NCBI GenBank assembly: GCA_965208125.1
Contig: OZ242320.1
Location: forward strand, 5,600,001 to 5,664,000
DNA: 64,000 bases
From: Candidatus Latescibacterota bacterium
GTDB taxonomy: Bacteria > Latescibacterota > UBA2968
Direction: 5' to 3'
Made by a program: the position numbers and the translations under genes. Shown piece after piece: positions 39,571-49,502 of the stretch; position 1 is the stretch's first letter, and each line of letters opens with the position of its first letter. The notes under the pieces are model-generated. The model saw only the letters and a program-made list of their open reading frames with translations. It had not been told where the DNA came from and ran no database searches.

Positions 39571-40668
39571 TCAGAAAACCTGTGAAAAGGTGATGTAGAT
39601 CGCCCTGCGACCACCCGAGATGCCGTAGTCGGCCCGCACGATCGTGCTCTGCCAGTGACAACGCAGACCCATGCCGATACCACCGCGCCATCCGTCGCGC
39701 GTCGGCAGCGCGTCGCGGGCAAAGATCTGCCCCATGTCGCCGAAGGCCACCAGCCCCAGATACAGGTGCTGCCGGTGCCATACCGGCATCCCGCGCCAGC
39801 GCAACTCGCCGTTGAACACGATCCGCGCCGCGCCCCGGTCCCTGGCATGGGCTATGCCGCGGACCGTGCTGCCGCCTCCCAGTTCCAGTTCTTCGTAGAA
39901 GGGCAAGTCCCCGATGGTCCAGTTGACGCGCAGGCGATTGGCGACCACCAGTCCGCGCCCCAAGGTGTTGAAGTGTCGGTGGTCGAAACCGAGCGTCACC
40001 CCCTGGTAATCTCCACCGCCGCCAACCCCAAAGTCCACCAGCAACTCCTCCAGCACGCCCGAGGTCGCATTGTTGTAATTGTCGCGGGTGTCGTAGCGCA
40101 ACGAACCGACAAACTGCGCGAACGCGCCCCCGTCCGCGCCGAGAGGGTCGAGCGTGGAGAGGACGCCATCGGCGGCATTCGGCTCAATATCGCAGTGGCT
40201 TAAACGCCCCCCGAGACGCAGGTGCCAAGGGATGCGCAGGGTGCGGATCCACTTGACCTTGAACTCCGGAAAAGCTTGTCGGAACGTCCTCTGTTCCCGC
40301 GAATACCCGGCGATATCCTCGTCGCTGAGGCCGCCGTAGTAATTGGCGAATTCCTCCTTCTCGTAAACCAGTTCGGCCTCGAGCCGCTGCTTGGCCCGAA
40401 ATTCAGGCGTATCCACGAGCAAGCGGTGTACCCACTTGCCCTTGGTTGAAATAAATACCTGGGCACTGTATTTGCGGCGATAGGGTACGCTCTGACCGTC
40501 GTATTCGAAGAGATTGACCCGCAGCCCGTATCCCATGCCATCGTCCGAGTTGAAATTCAGCAGCGGTACCGCGGTCGGTCGCCAGCCGACTGTCTCGTGG
40601 ACCTGTTGTGCCTCACTCGGACAAGCCCACGCGAGCACCAGGGCCACCACAATGTTTCGATTCAGCAT
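39571..40668 (-). CDS. Omp85/BamA-TamA family beta-barrel (surface antigen), no POTRA domains
   Basis: Signal peptide; LRYDTRDN, LGGGSTVRG, G.G.GLR, C-terminal Phe. Confidence 0.8.
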   Translation of the reverse strand: MLNRNIVVALVLAWACPSEAQQVHETVGWRPTAVPLLNFNSDDGMGYGLRVNLFEYDGQSVPYRRKYSAQVFISTKGKWVHRLLVDTPEFRAKQRLEAELVYEKEEFANYYGGLSDEDIAGYSREQRTFRQAFPEFKVKWIRTLRIPWHLRLGGRLSHCDIEPNAADGVLSTLDPLGADGGAFAQFVGSLRYDTRDNYNNATSGVLEELLVDFGVGGGGDYQGVTLGFDHRHFNTLGRGLVVANRLRVNWTIGDLPFYEELELGGGSTVRGIAHARDRGAARIVFNGELRWRGMPVWHRQHLYLGLVAFGDMGQIFARDALPTRDGWRGGIGMGLRCHWQSTIVRADYGISGGRRAIYITFSQVF

Positions 40669-40871
40669 AGGCCGATCCTCACGTTTGATGAACTGCAAAT
40701 GCTGAAAACTGCGTCACTATTTTTACTTCCTTATCCACCGTTTGTCAAGGCGAAATCGGAATCCCGCCGCACAACAGATGGCGATTTTCTATTTGACACA
40801 CGCGCTCTATCCTATCAAATTAAACCCTTGTTTTAGACCGCTACTTTTCCCCAACCTTAAAGGAGATTTAC

Positions 40872-41696
40872 ATGCCCCAACGGGAATTTAACCTCAAATA
40901 CGCCCCGCACTACGGACATTTCTCACACAGCGCGGGCGATGACTACCTCGACCAGCTCAAATACGCCGCGGATCAGGGCTTTACAGCCTGGGAAGACAAT
41001 GGCATGCCCAAACGCGATGTGGGAATGCAAGAAAAAATCGCCGCAGAAATGACCCGATTAAACCTCGAAATGGGCGTTTTTGTCGCCACGGGATCTTTTT
41101 CAGACGTCACATTTGCCGGCGACGACGAAGATGCAAAACAGGCCGTGTTAAAAGATATCAAAGCCGCCATTGAAGTTGCCAAGCGCGTAAATGCAAAATG
41201 GTGTACGGTCGTGCCCGGGCTTTACGACTTAAAACTCGCGTGGGATTATCAAACAGCCAATGTGATCGAACTGCTCAAACGATGCTGCGACATTCTCGAA
41301 GAATCGGGTCTGGTAATGGTCTTAGAACCGCTCAACCGCCTGACGAACCACCCCCGCGTTTATCTGGCTGAATCGCCGCAAGCCTACCTGATCTGCCAGA
41401 CCGTCAACCACCCGTGTTGCAAAATCCTCTTTGACATCTACCACCAGCAAATCACCGAAGGCAATCTCATTCCCAACATCGACCGCTGCTGGTCTGAAAT
41501 CGGTGTTTTTCAAGTAGGCGATAATCCCGGTCGCAAAGAACCCACCACCGGCGAAATCAACTACAAAAGTATCTTCAAGCATCTACACGAAAAAGGCTGC
41601 ACGAGCATCGTCGGCATGGAACACGGCATCAGCCTGCCCGGCAAAGAAGGCGAAGACCGCCTTATCCAGGCTTATGTCGAATCGGATGATTTTTAG
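40872..41696 (+). CDS. Hydroxypyruvate isomerase / xylose-isomerase-like TIM barrel
   Basis: MVLEPLN, ILFDIYHQQITEGN, GDNPGRKEPTTGEINY, GMEH. Confidence 0.9.
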   Translation: MPQREFNLKYAPHYGHFSHSAGDDYLDQLKYAADQGFTAWEDNGMPKRDVGMQEKIAAEMTRLNLEMGVFVATGSFSDVTFAGDDEDAKQAVLKDIKAAIEVAKRVNAKWCTVVPGLYDLKLAWDYQTANVIELLKRCCDILEESGLVMVLEPLNRLTNHPRVYLAESPQAYLICQTVNHPCCKILFDIYHQQITEGNLIPNIDRCWSEIGVFQVGDNPGRKEPTTGEINYKSIFKHLHEKGCTSIVGMEHGISLPGKEGEDRLIQAYVESDDF

Positions 41697-41712
41697 GTAA
41701 GGAGTCCATCTC

Positions 41713-42711
41713 ATGAAAGCAATTCTCGTCGGCCTCGGTGGTCGTGCGCGTCACTGGCAGACCGCGTGTGAAGCACATCCCGAAGTCGAATTGGTCGCCT
41801 ATGTTGAACCCTCAGAAGAAAATAAAAAACGCGCGATAGAAGAACGCGGCGTACCCGCGAATCTCATCTACGACGACCTCAGCGATGCCGCCTCAGTAGA
41901 AGCGGACTTTGTCGTTGATGTCACCCCACCCGCTGTTCACGAAACCATCGCGATGAAAGCCTTTGATGCGGGCCTCAACCTGTTGGGCGAAAAACCCCTG
42001 AGCGATAATTTCGAAGCCGCCAAACGCATCGTTGAAGCGGGCAAAAAAGCGGGTGTCAAACACATGATCACACAGAACTATCGCTTTAATGAACTGCCCC
42101 GAACCACGCGGCGCTTGCTCGAAGCCAGACATATTGGCGACGTGTCGCAACTCGACGTGTCGCTTTATGTCGATTGGGCAGACAACCCGGGCAGCCACTA
42201 TGTGACGGAACCCTATATGTTCCTCACCGACATGGGCATCCACCACTTTGACATGATGCGCTATACCCTCAATACCGACCCCGTCAGCGCACACGCCATC
42301 ACCTGGAATTTGCCCTGGGGCTGGCATCGGGGCGACGCCTGCCAGATTATCGTCTTCAAATTTGAAAATGGCATAGTCGCCACACACCGCGGTATTGGCT
42401 GCACGATGGGACATGTCCCCGCGGGACACAACGGCGAATGGCGTTACGAAGGGCCAAAAGGCACGCTCACGTGGGAGGGCTTTGACCTCTTTTACACACT
42501 CAAGCACAAACAGAATCCACAAATCCGCGAACAAATCGAACTCGATGAAATCGACGGACCAAATCCCGTGCTCAACGAATTTGTTCGCGCCCTTAGTGAA
42601 GATCGCCAACCCGAATGCAATGCCGAAGACAATTTAAAATCCATGTCCATGGTCTTCGGCGCCGTCACAAGTGCGATGGAAGGACGAGAAGTACAGCTAT
42701 CAGAACTTTAA
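41713..42711 (+). CDS. Gfo/Idh/MocA oxidoreductase
   Basis: LVGLGG, GEKP, QNYR, DMGIHHFDMMR. Confidence 0.9.
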   Translation: MKAILVGLGGRARHWQTACEAHPEVELVAYVEPSEENKKRAIEERGVPANLIYDDLSDAASVEADFVVDVTPPAVHETIAMKAFDAGLNLLGEKPLSDNFEAAKRIVEAGKKAGVKHMITQNYRFNELPRTTRRLLEARHIGDVSQLDVSLYVDWADNPGSHYVTEPYMFLTDMGIHHFDMMRYTLNTDPVSAHAITWNLPWGWHRGDACQIIVFKFENGIVATHRGIGCTMGHVPAGHNGEWRYEGPKGTLTWEGFDLFYTLKHKQNPQIREQIELDEIDGPNPVLNEFVRALSEDRQPECNAEDNLKSMSMVFGAVTSAMEGREVQLSEL

Positions 42712-42766
42712 GTAAAGGATCTGTGAGATTCTTGAACTGACATCAAAACAGATTGCACAATCTCGA

Positions 42767-42958
42767 GTGATCGCCAAAGGCAATCGCATTCGCGAAGTTC
42801 AACGTCTGGTTCATACTTATGGTGGGCGCGCATCAAGATGGGTTAAAAAGAGCAGTCCCCGCTATGAAATTGCCGGATATCAATACGAAATTCACTGGTA
42901 TGAACATCCCGATATTGGTCGCATTGAGTTGAAACAAAAACGAGTTAATCCGCTATGA
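42767..42958 (+). CDS. Small basic protein resembling phage MuF-associated C-terminal toxin-like domains
   Basis: IA.G..IRE..RL...YGG...W.K...EIHWYE...G..E.K.K pattern; overlaps the next ORF (ATGA). The start may lie up to ~50 nt upstream (frame open to 42716). Confidence 0.55.
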   Translation: MIAKGNRIREVQRLVHTYGGRASRWVKKSSPRYEIAGYQYEIHWYEHPDIGRIELKQKRVNPL

Positions 42959-43290
42959 TTGTCCAATTTAGAGAACAGAATACCGAATATCTCGATCTCA
43001 CACCCAATCAATACTATGTTGTAATTGGGATAGAAGCCGATGATTTTAGAATCTTGAACGACGCAGGCAGGCCCTTTCTCTATGATGCTACGTTGTTTGA
43101 GATAGTCGATTCCAAAGAGCCTGACGATTGGGTCACAGAGATTGGTGAAGATGGCGAGCGTTATGCCTATCCATTGCCGTTAAATTCGGTTGGTTTTTTT
43201 GAGGACTTTTTTGACGGGAAAAAAGATGCGGTCATCACATTCTGGCAGGTTGTCAATCATCAACTTGCTGCTGCATCGGAAACTGTTTGA
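42955..43290 (+). CDS. Small acidic protein, putative immunity/antitoxin partner
   Basis: LT....Y.V.GIE....RI.ND.G.P.LY...LF pattern; acidic; translationally coupled to the upstream ORF. Confidence 0.55.
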   Translation: MIVQFREQNTEYLDLTPNQYYVVIGIEADDFRILNDAGRPFLYDATLFEIVDSKEPDDWVTEIGEDGERYAYPLPLNSVGFFEDFFDGKKDAVITFWQVVNHQLAAASETV

Positions 43291-43305
43291 GATAAGGGAG
43301 AAATC

Positions 43306-44613
43306 ATGGCAGATTTACAAGGTGACACGAACTGGTTTACACATGATCGATTTGGATTGTTCATCCACTGGGGATTGTACGCATTGCCCGCGCGACACGA
43401 GTGGGTGAAGCAGCGAGAAGAAATACCCGACGCACAATACGACCGGTACTTAAAATACTTCGATCCGGATTTGTACGATCCCGAAGCCTGGGCAGATGCG
43501 GCAGCCAACGCGGGCATGAAATATTTTTGTGTCACCACCAAACACCACGAAGGCTTCGCGCTGTGGGACTCCAAACTGACGGAATACAAAGCGACCAATA
43601 CACCCGCACGCAGGGATTTGTTAAAACCCATGGTAGAAGCGTTTCGGTCGCGGGGTATGAAGATCGGCTTTTACCACTCCCTGATCGACTGGCACCACCC
43701 GCATTTCAGAATTGACGCCATTCACAGCATGCGGAATCACCCCGATAAAGATAAACTGAACGAACCCCGCGATCAGGCCCAATACGCGGCGTATTTACAC
43801 GGTCAAGTCCGCGAACTGCTCACCGAATACGGCAAAGTGGATATGCTATTTTACGATTTTAGCTATCCGGCTGGTGCAAGGGGCAGACCCGAGGGTTTTG
43901 ACGGCAAAGGGCGAGATGATTGGAATAGCATTCAACTGATGAAAATGACGCGCGAGTTGCAGCCGGGTATTGTGATTAACGACCGACTGGATCTGGACGA
44001 TGTAGAAGGCGGATGGGATTATCGCACACCCGAACAATTTATGCCGCGCGAATGGGTCACCTATCAGGGCGAGCGCGTATTGTGGGAGACCTGTCAAACA
44101 TTTTCGGGGTCGTGGGGCTATCACCGCGATGAAACAAGTTGGAAAAGCATCGAGCAACTGGTGCAAATGCTGGTCGGCGTGGTAAGCCGCGGGGGCAATT
44201 TATTGCTCAATGTCGGACCGACCGGGCGCGGGGTATTTGACGATCGAGCATTGGATTGCCTGAACGGAATGGGCGAATGGATGAAATGGCACAGCCGATC
44301 CATTTATGGCTGTACTGCCGCGCCAGAGGAATTTCAGACGCCGGAGGATTGCCGCCTGACCTACAATCCCGACACCAATCGGCTGTACGTACACCTGTTC
44401 ACCTACCCGTTCCGCCATCTGCATCTCGACGGATTTGCTGGCAAGGTAGAATACGCACAGTTATTAAACGATGCCTCAGAAGTGCGATTTCACCAGCCCC
44501 GCGCTGGACACACGGGAGACAGCAGTATCGAAAGAGAGACCCTCACACTGGAATTGCCCGTGCAAAAACCCAATGTGACAGTGCCCGTAGTCGAGTTGTT
44601 TTTAAAGGAGTGA
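43306..44613 (+). CDS. Alpha-L-fucosidase (GH29)
   Basis: FGLFIHWGLY, TTKHHEGFALW, LFYDF, INDR, WETC, GGNLLLNVGP. Confidence 0.93.
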   Translation: MADLQGDTNWFTHDRFGLFIHWGLYALPARHEWVKQREEIPDAQYDRYLKYFDPDLYDPEAWADAAANAGMKYFCVTTKHHEGFALWDSKLTEYKATNTPARRDLLKPMVEAFRSRGMKIGFYHSLIDWHHPHFRIDAIHSMRNHPDKDKLNEPRDQAQYAAYLHGQVRELLTEYGKVDMLFYDFSYPAGARGRPEGFDGKGRDDWNSIQLMKMTRELQPGIVINDRLDLDDVEGGWDYRTPEQFMPREWVTYQGERVLWETCQTFSGSWGYHRDETSWKSIEQLVQMLVGVVSRGGNLLLNVGPTGRGVFDDRALDCLNGMGEWMKWHSRSIYGCTAAPEEFQTPEDCRLTYNPDTNRLYVHLFTYPFRHLHLDGFAGKVEYAQLLNDASEVRFHQPRAGHTGDSSIERETLTLELPVQKPNVTVPVVELFLKE

Positions 44614-44617
44614 AAAA

Positions 44618-45325
44618 ATGACAATGACTGAAACAGACTTGCGAAAACTCAGTGCCGACGAGGTGGCGATCTATCGCGAACAGGGCTATGTGATTGTGCC
44701 AGATATATTTCCGCTGGAGGAACTCGCGGAAATCGACCGCGAGATCGATCGACTTCAGGAAACACAAAAAAAAACGGGGCGCAACAAGGGATGGATCATG
44801 CAGTTGGGATTGCGCTCAGAAGTGACCCGCCAATTTGTACAGGATGAGCGGGTATTGACACTGATCGAAGACATTGTAAAACCCGGCATTTCGATTTATT
44901 CGGCCAAATTGACGGCAAAAGTGCCGCATTCCAACGACATCTGCCACTGGCACCAGGACGACGCGTATTACAATACACGCGCCCTGAGCAAAACGCGCAT
45001 GTCCACCTGGATACCACTACAGGACGCGGATGAGACAAATGGGTGTTTGTGGGTCGTGCCACAAAGCCATAAGGGCGGCGTGGTCACGCATGGACCATTT
45101 GGCGGACAATGCCCAAAGTGTATGGGACCCGCCGATCTCATGTTCGACGATGCGATCCCCTGTCCTGTAAAAGCCGGGGATATCCTGTTATTCCACGCCT
45201 GTTTATGGCATCATTCCAAAGGCAATCAGACAGACCACGTGCGGCGGGCATTTATAGTCTCGTATCAAGAGGCCACTGTACCGCGTGGCAATGGCGATCA
45301 GTATAAAATTCTGAGGTCCGCATAA
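44618..45325 (+). CDS. Phytanoyl-CoA dioxygenase (PhyH) family enzyme
   Basis: WHQD, WIPLQD, NGCLWVVPQSH, HHS..N..RR. Confidence 0.9.
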   Translation: MTMTETDLRKLSADEVAIYREQGYVIVPDIFPLEELAEIDREIDRLQETQKKTGRNKGWIMQLGLRSEVTRQFVQDERVLTLIEDIVKPGISIYSAKLTAKVPHSNDICHWHQDDAYYNTRALSKTRMSTWIPLQDADETNGCLWVVPQSHKGGVVTHGPFGGQCPKCMGPADLMFDDAIPCPVKAGDILLFHACLWHHSKGNQTDHVRRAFIVSYQEATVPRGNGDQYKILRSA

Positions 45326-45381
45326 GGAGATGGTAGAACAGGAGTTTAGGATCTGTTGTTCCCGCTCGACCTTCACCTTGT

Positions 45382-48300
45382 ATGAAATATAAAATCCCAA
45401 AACTAAAGTTTTTCTCGCTTCTCCCCCCCATCTGCGTATTATCCTTCCTATTCTTGTGCGCTACCCTATTGCACGCACCCACCTGGGCGCAATCTCAGGC
45501 GACCACCGGCGTTATCCGCGGCTTTGTCTGGGATCAGTTCGACAACCCCATTGGCAATGCCACCATCGCCCTCAAAGAAACCAGCACCAATTACCGGCGC
45601 ACCCTCACATCATCCAATCTGGGGATATTCACCGCGACTCTGTTACCCCTGGGGTTTTACGACATCACAGTACAGGCAGCGGGACAGGCAGAAGTGCGTC
45701 AAACAGGGGTGCAGGTACGGGTTGGCGAGACAGTGGAACTCGTCTTCAAAATGGCATTACAAATGGATGAGGTCCTTATCGAAGCGACGAGACCTGCCGT
45801 TGACATCACCCAGAGCGAAACAGCCACGCGCCTGCCCGAAGCAGCCGTGCAGGACTTGCCCAACAACGGGCGCAATTTCCTCAACCTCACGCTGTTGACC
45901 CCGGGCGTGAGCATCGTGCAAGGACCTGACGGCGATGAATTAACCATTGCCGGTCAGCGCGGCATACACAACAACATCTCGGTAGATGGTGCGGATTTCA
46001 ACAACCCCTTCTTCGGCGAACAGCGCGGCGGACAGCGCCCCGCCTTCACTTTTAATTTAAACGCAGTAGCGGAAATGGTAGTCATACCCCAGGGAGCCAA
46101 TGCCGAATTTGGCCGCTCCAGCGGGGGCTTTGTCAATGTCATCACCAAATCGGGCACCAACCAATTCCACGGCTCCGTGCATTTTTTTGGCAAACACGAC
46201 GCCCTGTCCAGCACAGCCAAGCATAACGGGATAGAACGCACGCCCAATTTCAAACAGGGGCAAGTCGGCTTCACCCTGGGTGGCCCACTAAAAAAGGACA
46301 GGGCATTTTTCTTTGCCGCGTATGACCAGCAGATTTTCAGAGATACCAAACAGAATAATATCGAGCGCGGAGATGCCCGCCTGCGCCGCTTCATGGCCTC
46401 CGCGTTCAACCTATCCGACGACTACGGCGCCATTGACCGCACCAACGATGCCCGCGCTTTTCTCCTCAAGGTCGATTACCACCTGTCGGAGGAACACTCC
46501 GCCACCTTCAAATACAATTACACCTGGTCCGAACAGGAAAACGGCACCTTTGATGTTGACTCGTGGGCGCGCAGCGCCAATGCGATTGAAAGGGACTGGT
46601 CACACGCCTTCAACGGCAGTTTGATCTCGCTTCTATCCCCCAGCACGATCAACGAATTCCGCTTCCAAATCGCCCGCGAAGACCGTCCCCGTCCCTACGG
46701 TGGACCACATAACCCCAATACCGGCAGGCCCTTTCCTGACACGGGCATGGACTTTGTACACGGATATCGCTTTGGCATGCCCTTCTTCATCCCAATCGAA
46801 TACCACGATAGCCGCATCCAGTTGCTCAACAACATCTCCATAAGCAAGGACAATCACCTGATCAAAGCCGGGGTCGAATGGAACCGCGTCGAATCCGTGC
46901 AAACCTTTATCGGTTTTGCCAATGGACGCTACATCTTCAATTCCGTGGATGGCTTTCTCAACTTCGTCCAGCAGGGCAATACCTATGTCGAATGCTCCGA
47001 CGGCAGCACCAGCACCACCGGAACCTGTCCCGACGGAACGGAAATTACCGGGCCTGTTCTCATCTACTTGCAGCAGTCCGGCGTCGGCGGCCTGAGCGTG
47101 GAAGAAGCGGGCACACAGAAGATCCCTCAGCACGAACTGGCTCTGTTTATACAGGACAGTTGGCAACCCTCAAACAAACTCACACTCAATTATGGCTTGC
47201 GCTGGGAAGCGCAGATTCAGCCCGATGTAATCACAGATCCAGACGAAGTCTTCTTCGCCGATTTCATTGGCAAAACAGTCACCAATCAGACAGGTACATA
47301 CACATTCCCATCCAACGGCAAAATCCCCTCTACCTGGGATATGTTCCAGCCGCGGTTGGGCATAGCTTACGATGTACACGGCGACAATAAGACCCTGTTG
47401 CGAGGTAGCGCGGGGATCTATTACGCCCGCATCCCCGGCTTGAACCTGGCGGGCACCCGCTCGACCAATGGCTCGCGCGGGCAATCCATCTTCCGATCCA
47501 GCGCACTGACGCCCGTGTTGGGTCCGCCCCCGACCTACGGCGAGTTATTGCCTGCACCCACAGGCGATCCCTTTCGCCCCAATATCTTTGTCTTCGACAA
47601 AAATTTTAAAAACCCCCGCACCATCAGCACGCATGTGGGTCTCGAACGCGAATTGCATGCAAAGGGGGTAGTCGGTACCTTCGGCTATACATACTCCCGC
47701 ACCGACAATCTCACGCGTTTTATCAACCGCAACGACGCGGTCTTCGGTTCTCCCTGGTCAACGGGTTTAGGTCCTGACAACGGCGTCGGTGACTTGACCG
47801 TGGTCGAGAGTACTGCCAAATCGCGCTATCACGGCCTCAGCTTTGGACTGCGCCAGATGGTGCGAGACGACTTCCAGTTCCAGATGAACTATACCCTGTC
47901 CTGGGACAAATCCGACGACGACAACGAGCGCGACCCCTTCACTTTCCGCTACGTCGATGCAACGCGATTGGATCGCGAATGGGGCTATTCAGACCGCGAC
48001 CAGCGCCACCGCTTCAATCTGTGGACCCTATCCAGATTGCCCGGCGATCTATTCCTCAACAATCGCATAAGCTATTATTCGGCACAACCCACCTCCGCAT
48101 CATGCACGGGCAAGCCAACGACCAACCCGTGGGGCCCTACCTCCGACCGTATATGCGCCGACGGCAGTATTATCCAGCGCAACACCCTCCGTAAAGACAA
48201 TGCGTTTTTCTCATGGGATACGCGCCTGTCCCGCCCCATTCCATTGGGCAACGGCCATCTGGAAGCCATCGTCGAAATCTTCAACCTGCTCAACACAGAC

Positions 48301-48411
48301 AACTTCCGCGACCCCTCCACCGCGGGCCTGCTCTTCAACTTTGACGGCACCGTACAATCGGGCCTCGGCGACCCACGCGAAGTGCAAATCGGCATGCGCT
48401 ACGTTTTTTGA
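45382..48411 (+). CDS. TonB-dependent receptor (Oar-like) with carboxypeptidase-regulatory N-domain
   Basis: Signal peptide; LPNNGRNF..L..LTPG, AEFGRSSGG..NVITKSGTN, FQPRLG.AYD, C-terminal GMRYVF. Confidence 0.9.
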   Translation: MKYKIPKLKFFSLLPPICVLSFLFLCATLLHAPTWAQSQATTGVIRGFVWDQFDNPIGNATIALKETSTNYRRTLTSSNLGIFTATLLPLGFYDITVQAAGQAEVRQTGVQVRVGETVELVFKMALQMDEVLIEATRPAVDITQSETATRLPEAAVQDLPNNGRNFLNLTLLTPGVSIVQGPDGDELTIAGQRGIHNNISVDGADFNNPFFGEQRGGQRPAFTFNLNAVAEMVVIPQGANAEFGRSSGGFVNVITKSGTNQFHGSVHFFGKHDALSSTAKHNGIERTPNFKQGQVGFTLGGPLKKDRAFFFAAYDQQIFRDTKQNNIERGDARLRRFMASAFNLSDDYGAIDRTNDARAFLLKVDYHLSEEHSATFKYNYTWSEQENGTFDVDSWARSANAIERDWSHAFNGSLISLLSPSTINEFRFQIAREDRPRPYGGPHNPNTGRPFPDTGMDFVHGYRFGMPFFIPIEYHDSRIQLLNNISISKDNHLIKAGVEWNRVESVQTFIGFANGRYIFNSVDGFLNFVQQGNTYVECSDGSTSTTGTCPDGTEITGPVLIYLQQSGVGGLSVEEAGTQKIPQHELALFIQDSWQPSNKLTLNYGLRWEAQIQPDVITDPDEVFFADFIGKTVTNQTGTYTFPSNGKIPSTWDMFQPRLGIAYDVHGDNKTLLRGSAGIYYARIPGLNLAGTRSTNGSRGQSIFRSSALTPVLGPPPTYGELLPAPTGDPFRPNIFVFDKNFKNPRTISTHVGLERELHAKGVVGTFGYTYSRTDNLTRFINRNDAVFGSPWSTGLGPDNGVGDLTVVESTAKSRYHGLSFGLRQMVRDDFQFQMNYTLSWDKSDDDNERDPFTFRYVDATRLDREWGYSDRDQRHRFNLWTLSRLPGDLFLNNRISYYSAQPTSASCTGKPTTNPWGPTSDRICADGSIIQRNTLRKDNAFFSWDTRLSRPIPLGNGHLEAIVEIFNLLNTDNFRDPSTAGLLFNFDGTVQSGLGDPREVQIGMRYVF

Positions 48412-48430
48412 TTGCGGTGAGAGATGAAAA

Positions 48431-49045
48431 ATGAGTGAATTTCAGTCAAGTTATCGCGAACCGGAGCCGCTTAAGCCTGAAACTCTCTTTACCCAAAAGG
48501 GCCAGCCGACCTCCTTTTCGGTACTGGACTTCTGGGTCTGGATGGCTTCCGACGTATTGAACAACACCCTGCGTGGCATGGTCGCGGAGTACATCGTAAG
48601 TCAAGCCCTGGAGGCATGTACACCGGTCAGGGTCGAGTGGGATACTGTCGATAGAACGACGCCCGAGGGGATTAAAATCGAAGTCAAGTCATCCGCTTAT
48701 CTCCAGTCCTGGCATCAGAATCGACCATCTGCAATTTCATTCAATATCGCAAAGAAACGTCCCTGGGATCCAGAAACAAACCAGTACGGAAAAACGCGAG
48801 TTCGCAGTGCCGATGTATATGTCTTTTGCCTTCTCACTCCTAAGGATGGTCGAACCGTCAATCCCCTTGAACTGACGCAGTGGGAGTTTTATATTCTACC
48901 AAAGCGCACGCTTAATTCCTCTCTTGGAAATCAGAAGACAGTATCGCTCTCGCGTCTAAAAGATCTGGGAGCCGTAGCACTGGGTTATGACCAAATCCGC
49001 AACGCCGTTCTGGAAGCGTACGGTGATAGAGGAAAAAACACATAA
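48431..49045 (+). CDS. Hypothetical protein with PD-(D/E)xK-like nuclease motif
   Basis: LRG..AEYIV...WD..D..TPEG.KIEVKSSAYLQSW; ADVYVF. Confidence 0.6.
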   Translation: MSEFQSSYREPEPLKPETLFTQKGQPTSFSVLDFWVWMASDVLNNTLRGMVAEYIVSQALEACTPVRVEWDTVDRTTPEGIKIEVKSSAYLQSWHQNRPSAISFNIAKKRPWDPETNQYGKTRVRSADVYVFCLLTPKDGRTVNPLELTQWEFYILPKRTLNSSLGNQKTVSLSRLKDLGAVALGYDQIRNAVLEAYGDRGKNT

Positions 49046-49051
49046 CAACTT

Positions 49052-49258
49052 ATGACTATTAATACGACTCACTGGGATTCAGCCGAGTACCTCAAAACTG
49101 AAGAAGATGTGCAGTTGTACCTGGAAGCGTGCCTTGAAGAAGCAGGAGATGACCCCGCTTTTATAGCCCATGCATTGGATATAATCAATCGCTCGAGATG
49201 GGGTAACTCCAGGATTGTATTGATAACCCGACAAACAAACAGAGGCGAGTATGATTAG
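49052..49258 (+). pseudogene. Truncated addiction-module antidote protein (N-terminal half, HTH missing)
   Basis: WDSAEYLKTEED..LYLEAC.EE.GDDPAFIAHAL, then the sequence diverges where the cro-type HTH is expected. Confidence 0.65.
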
Positions 49259-49424
49259 AAGTTTCACATTGGATTTTTGGATAGACGATGGTTGGTATGT
49301 TGGGAAACTACGTGAGGTTCCTGGTGTATTCAGTCAGGGTGCAAACCTGGAAGAATTAAAAATAAACATCAAAGACGCTTATGATCTGATGATGGCAGAA
49401 ACAACGCAGAGGATAGACTCCTAA
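49251..49424 (+). CDS. hicB: HicB family antitoxin (short form), no adjacent hicA
   Basis: Below the ORF-track cutoff. MIRSFTLDFWIDDGWYVGKLREVPGVFSQGANLEELKINIKDAYDLMM; PG..SQG..LEE..NI.DA motif. Confidence 0.78.
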   Translation: MIRSFTLDFWIDDGWYVGKLREVPGVFSQGANLEELKINIKDAYDLMMAETTQRIDS

Positions 49425-49502
49425 CAATATATCATAAATGCCCGACATCATACTCATTCGCATCCTGAGTTCAACACAGCATCATCAGAGAGGACGATAA
49501 CC

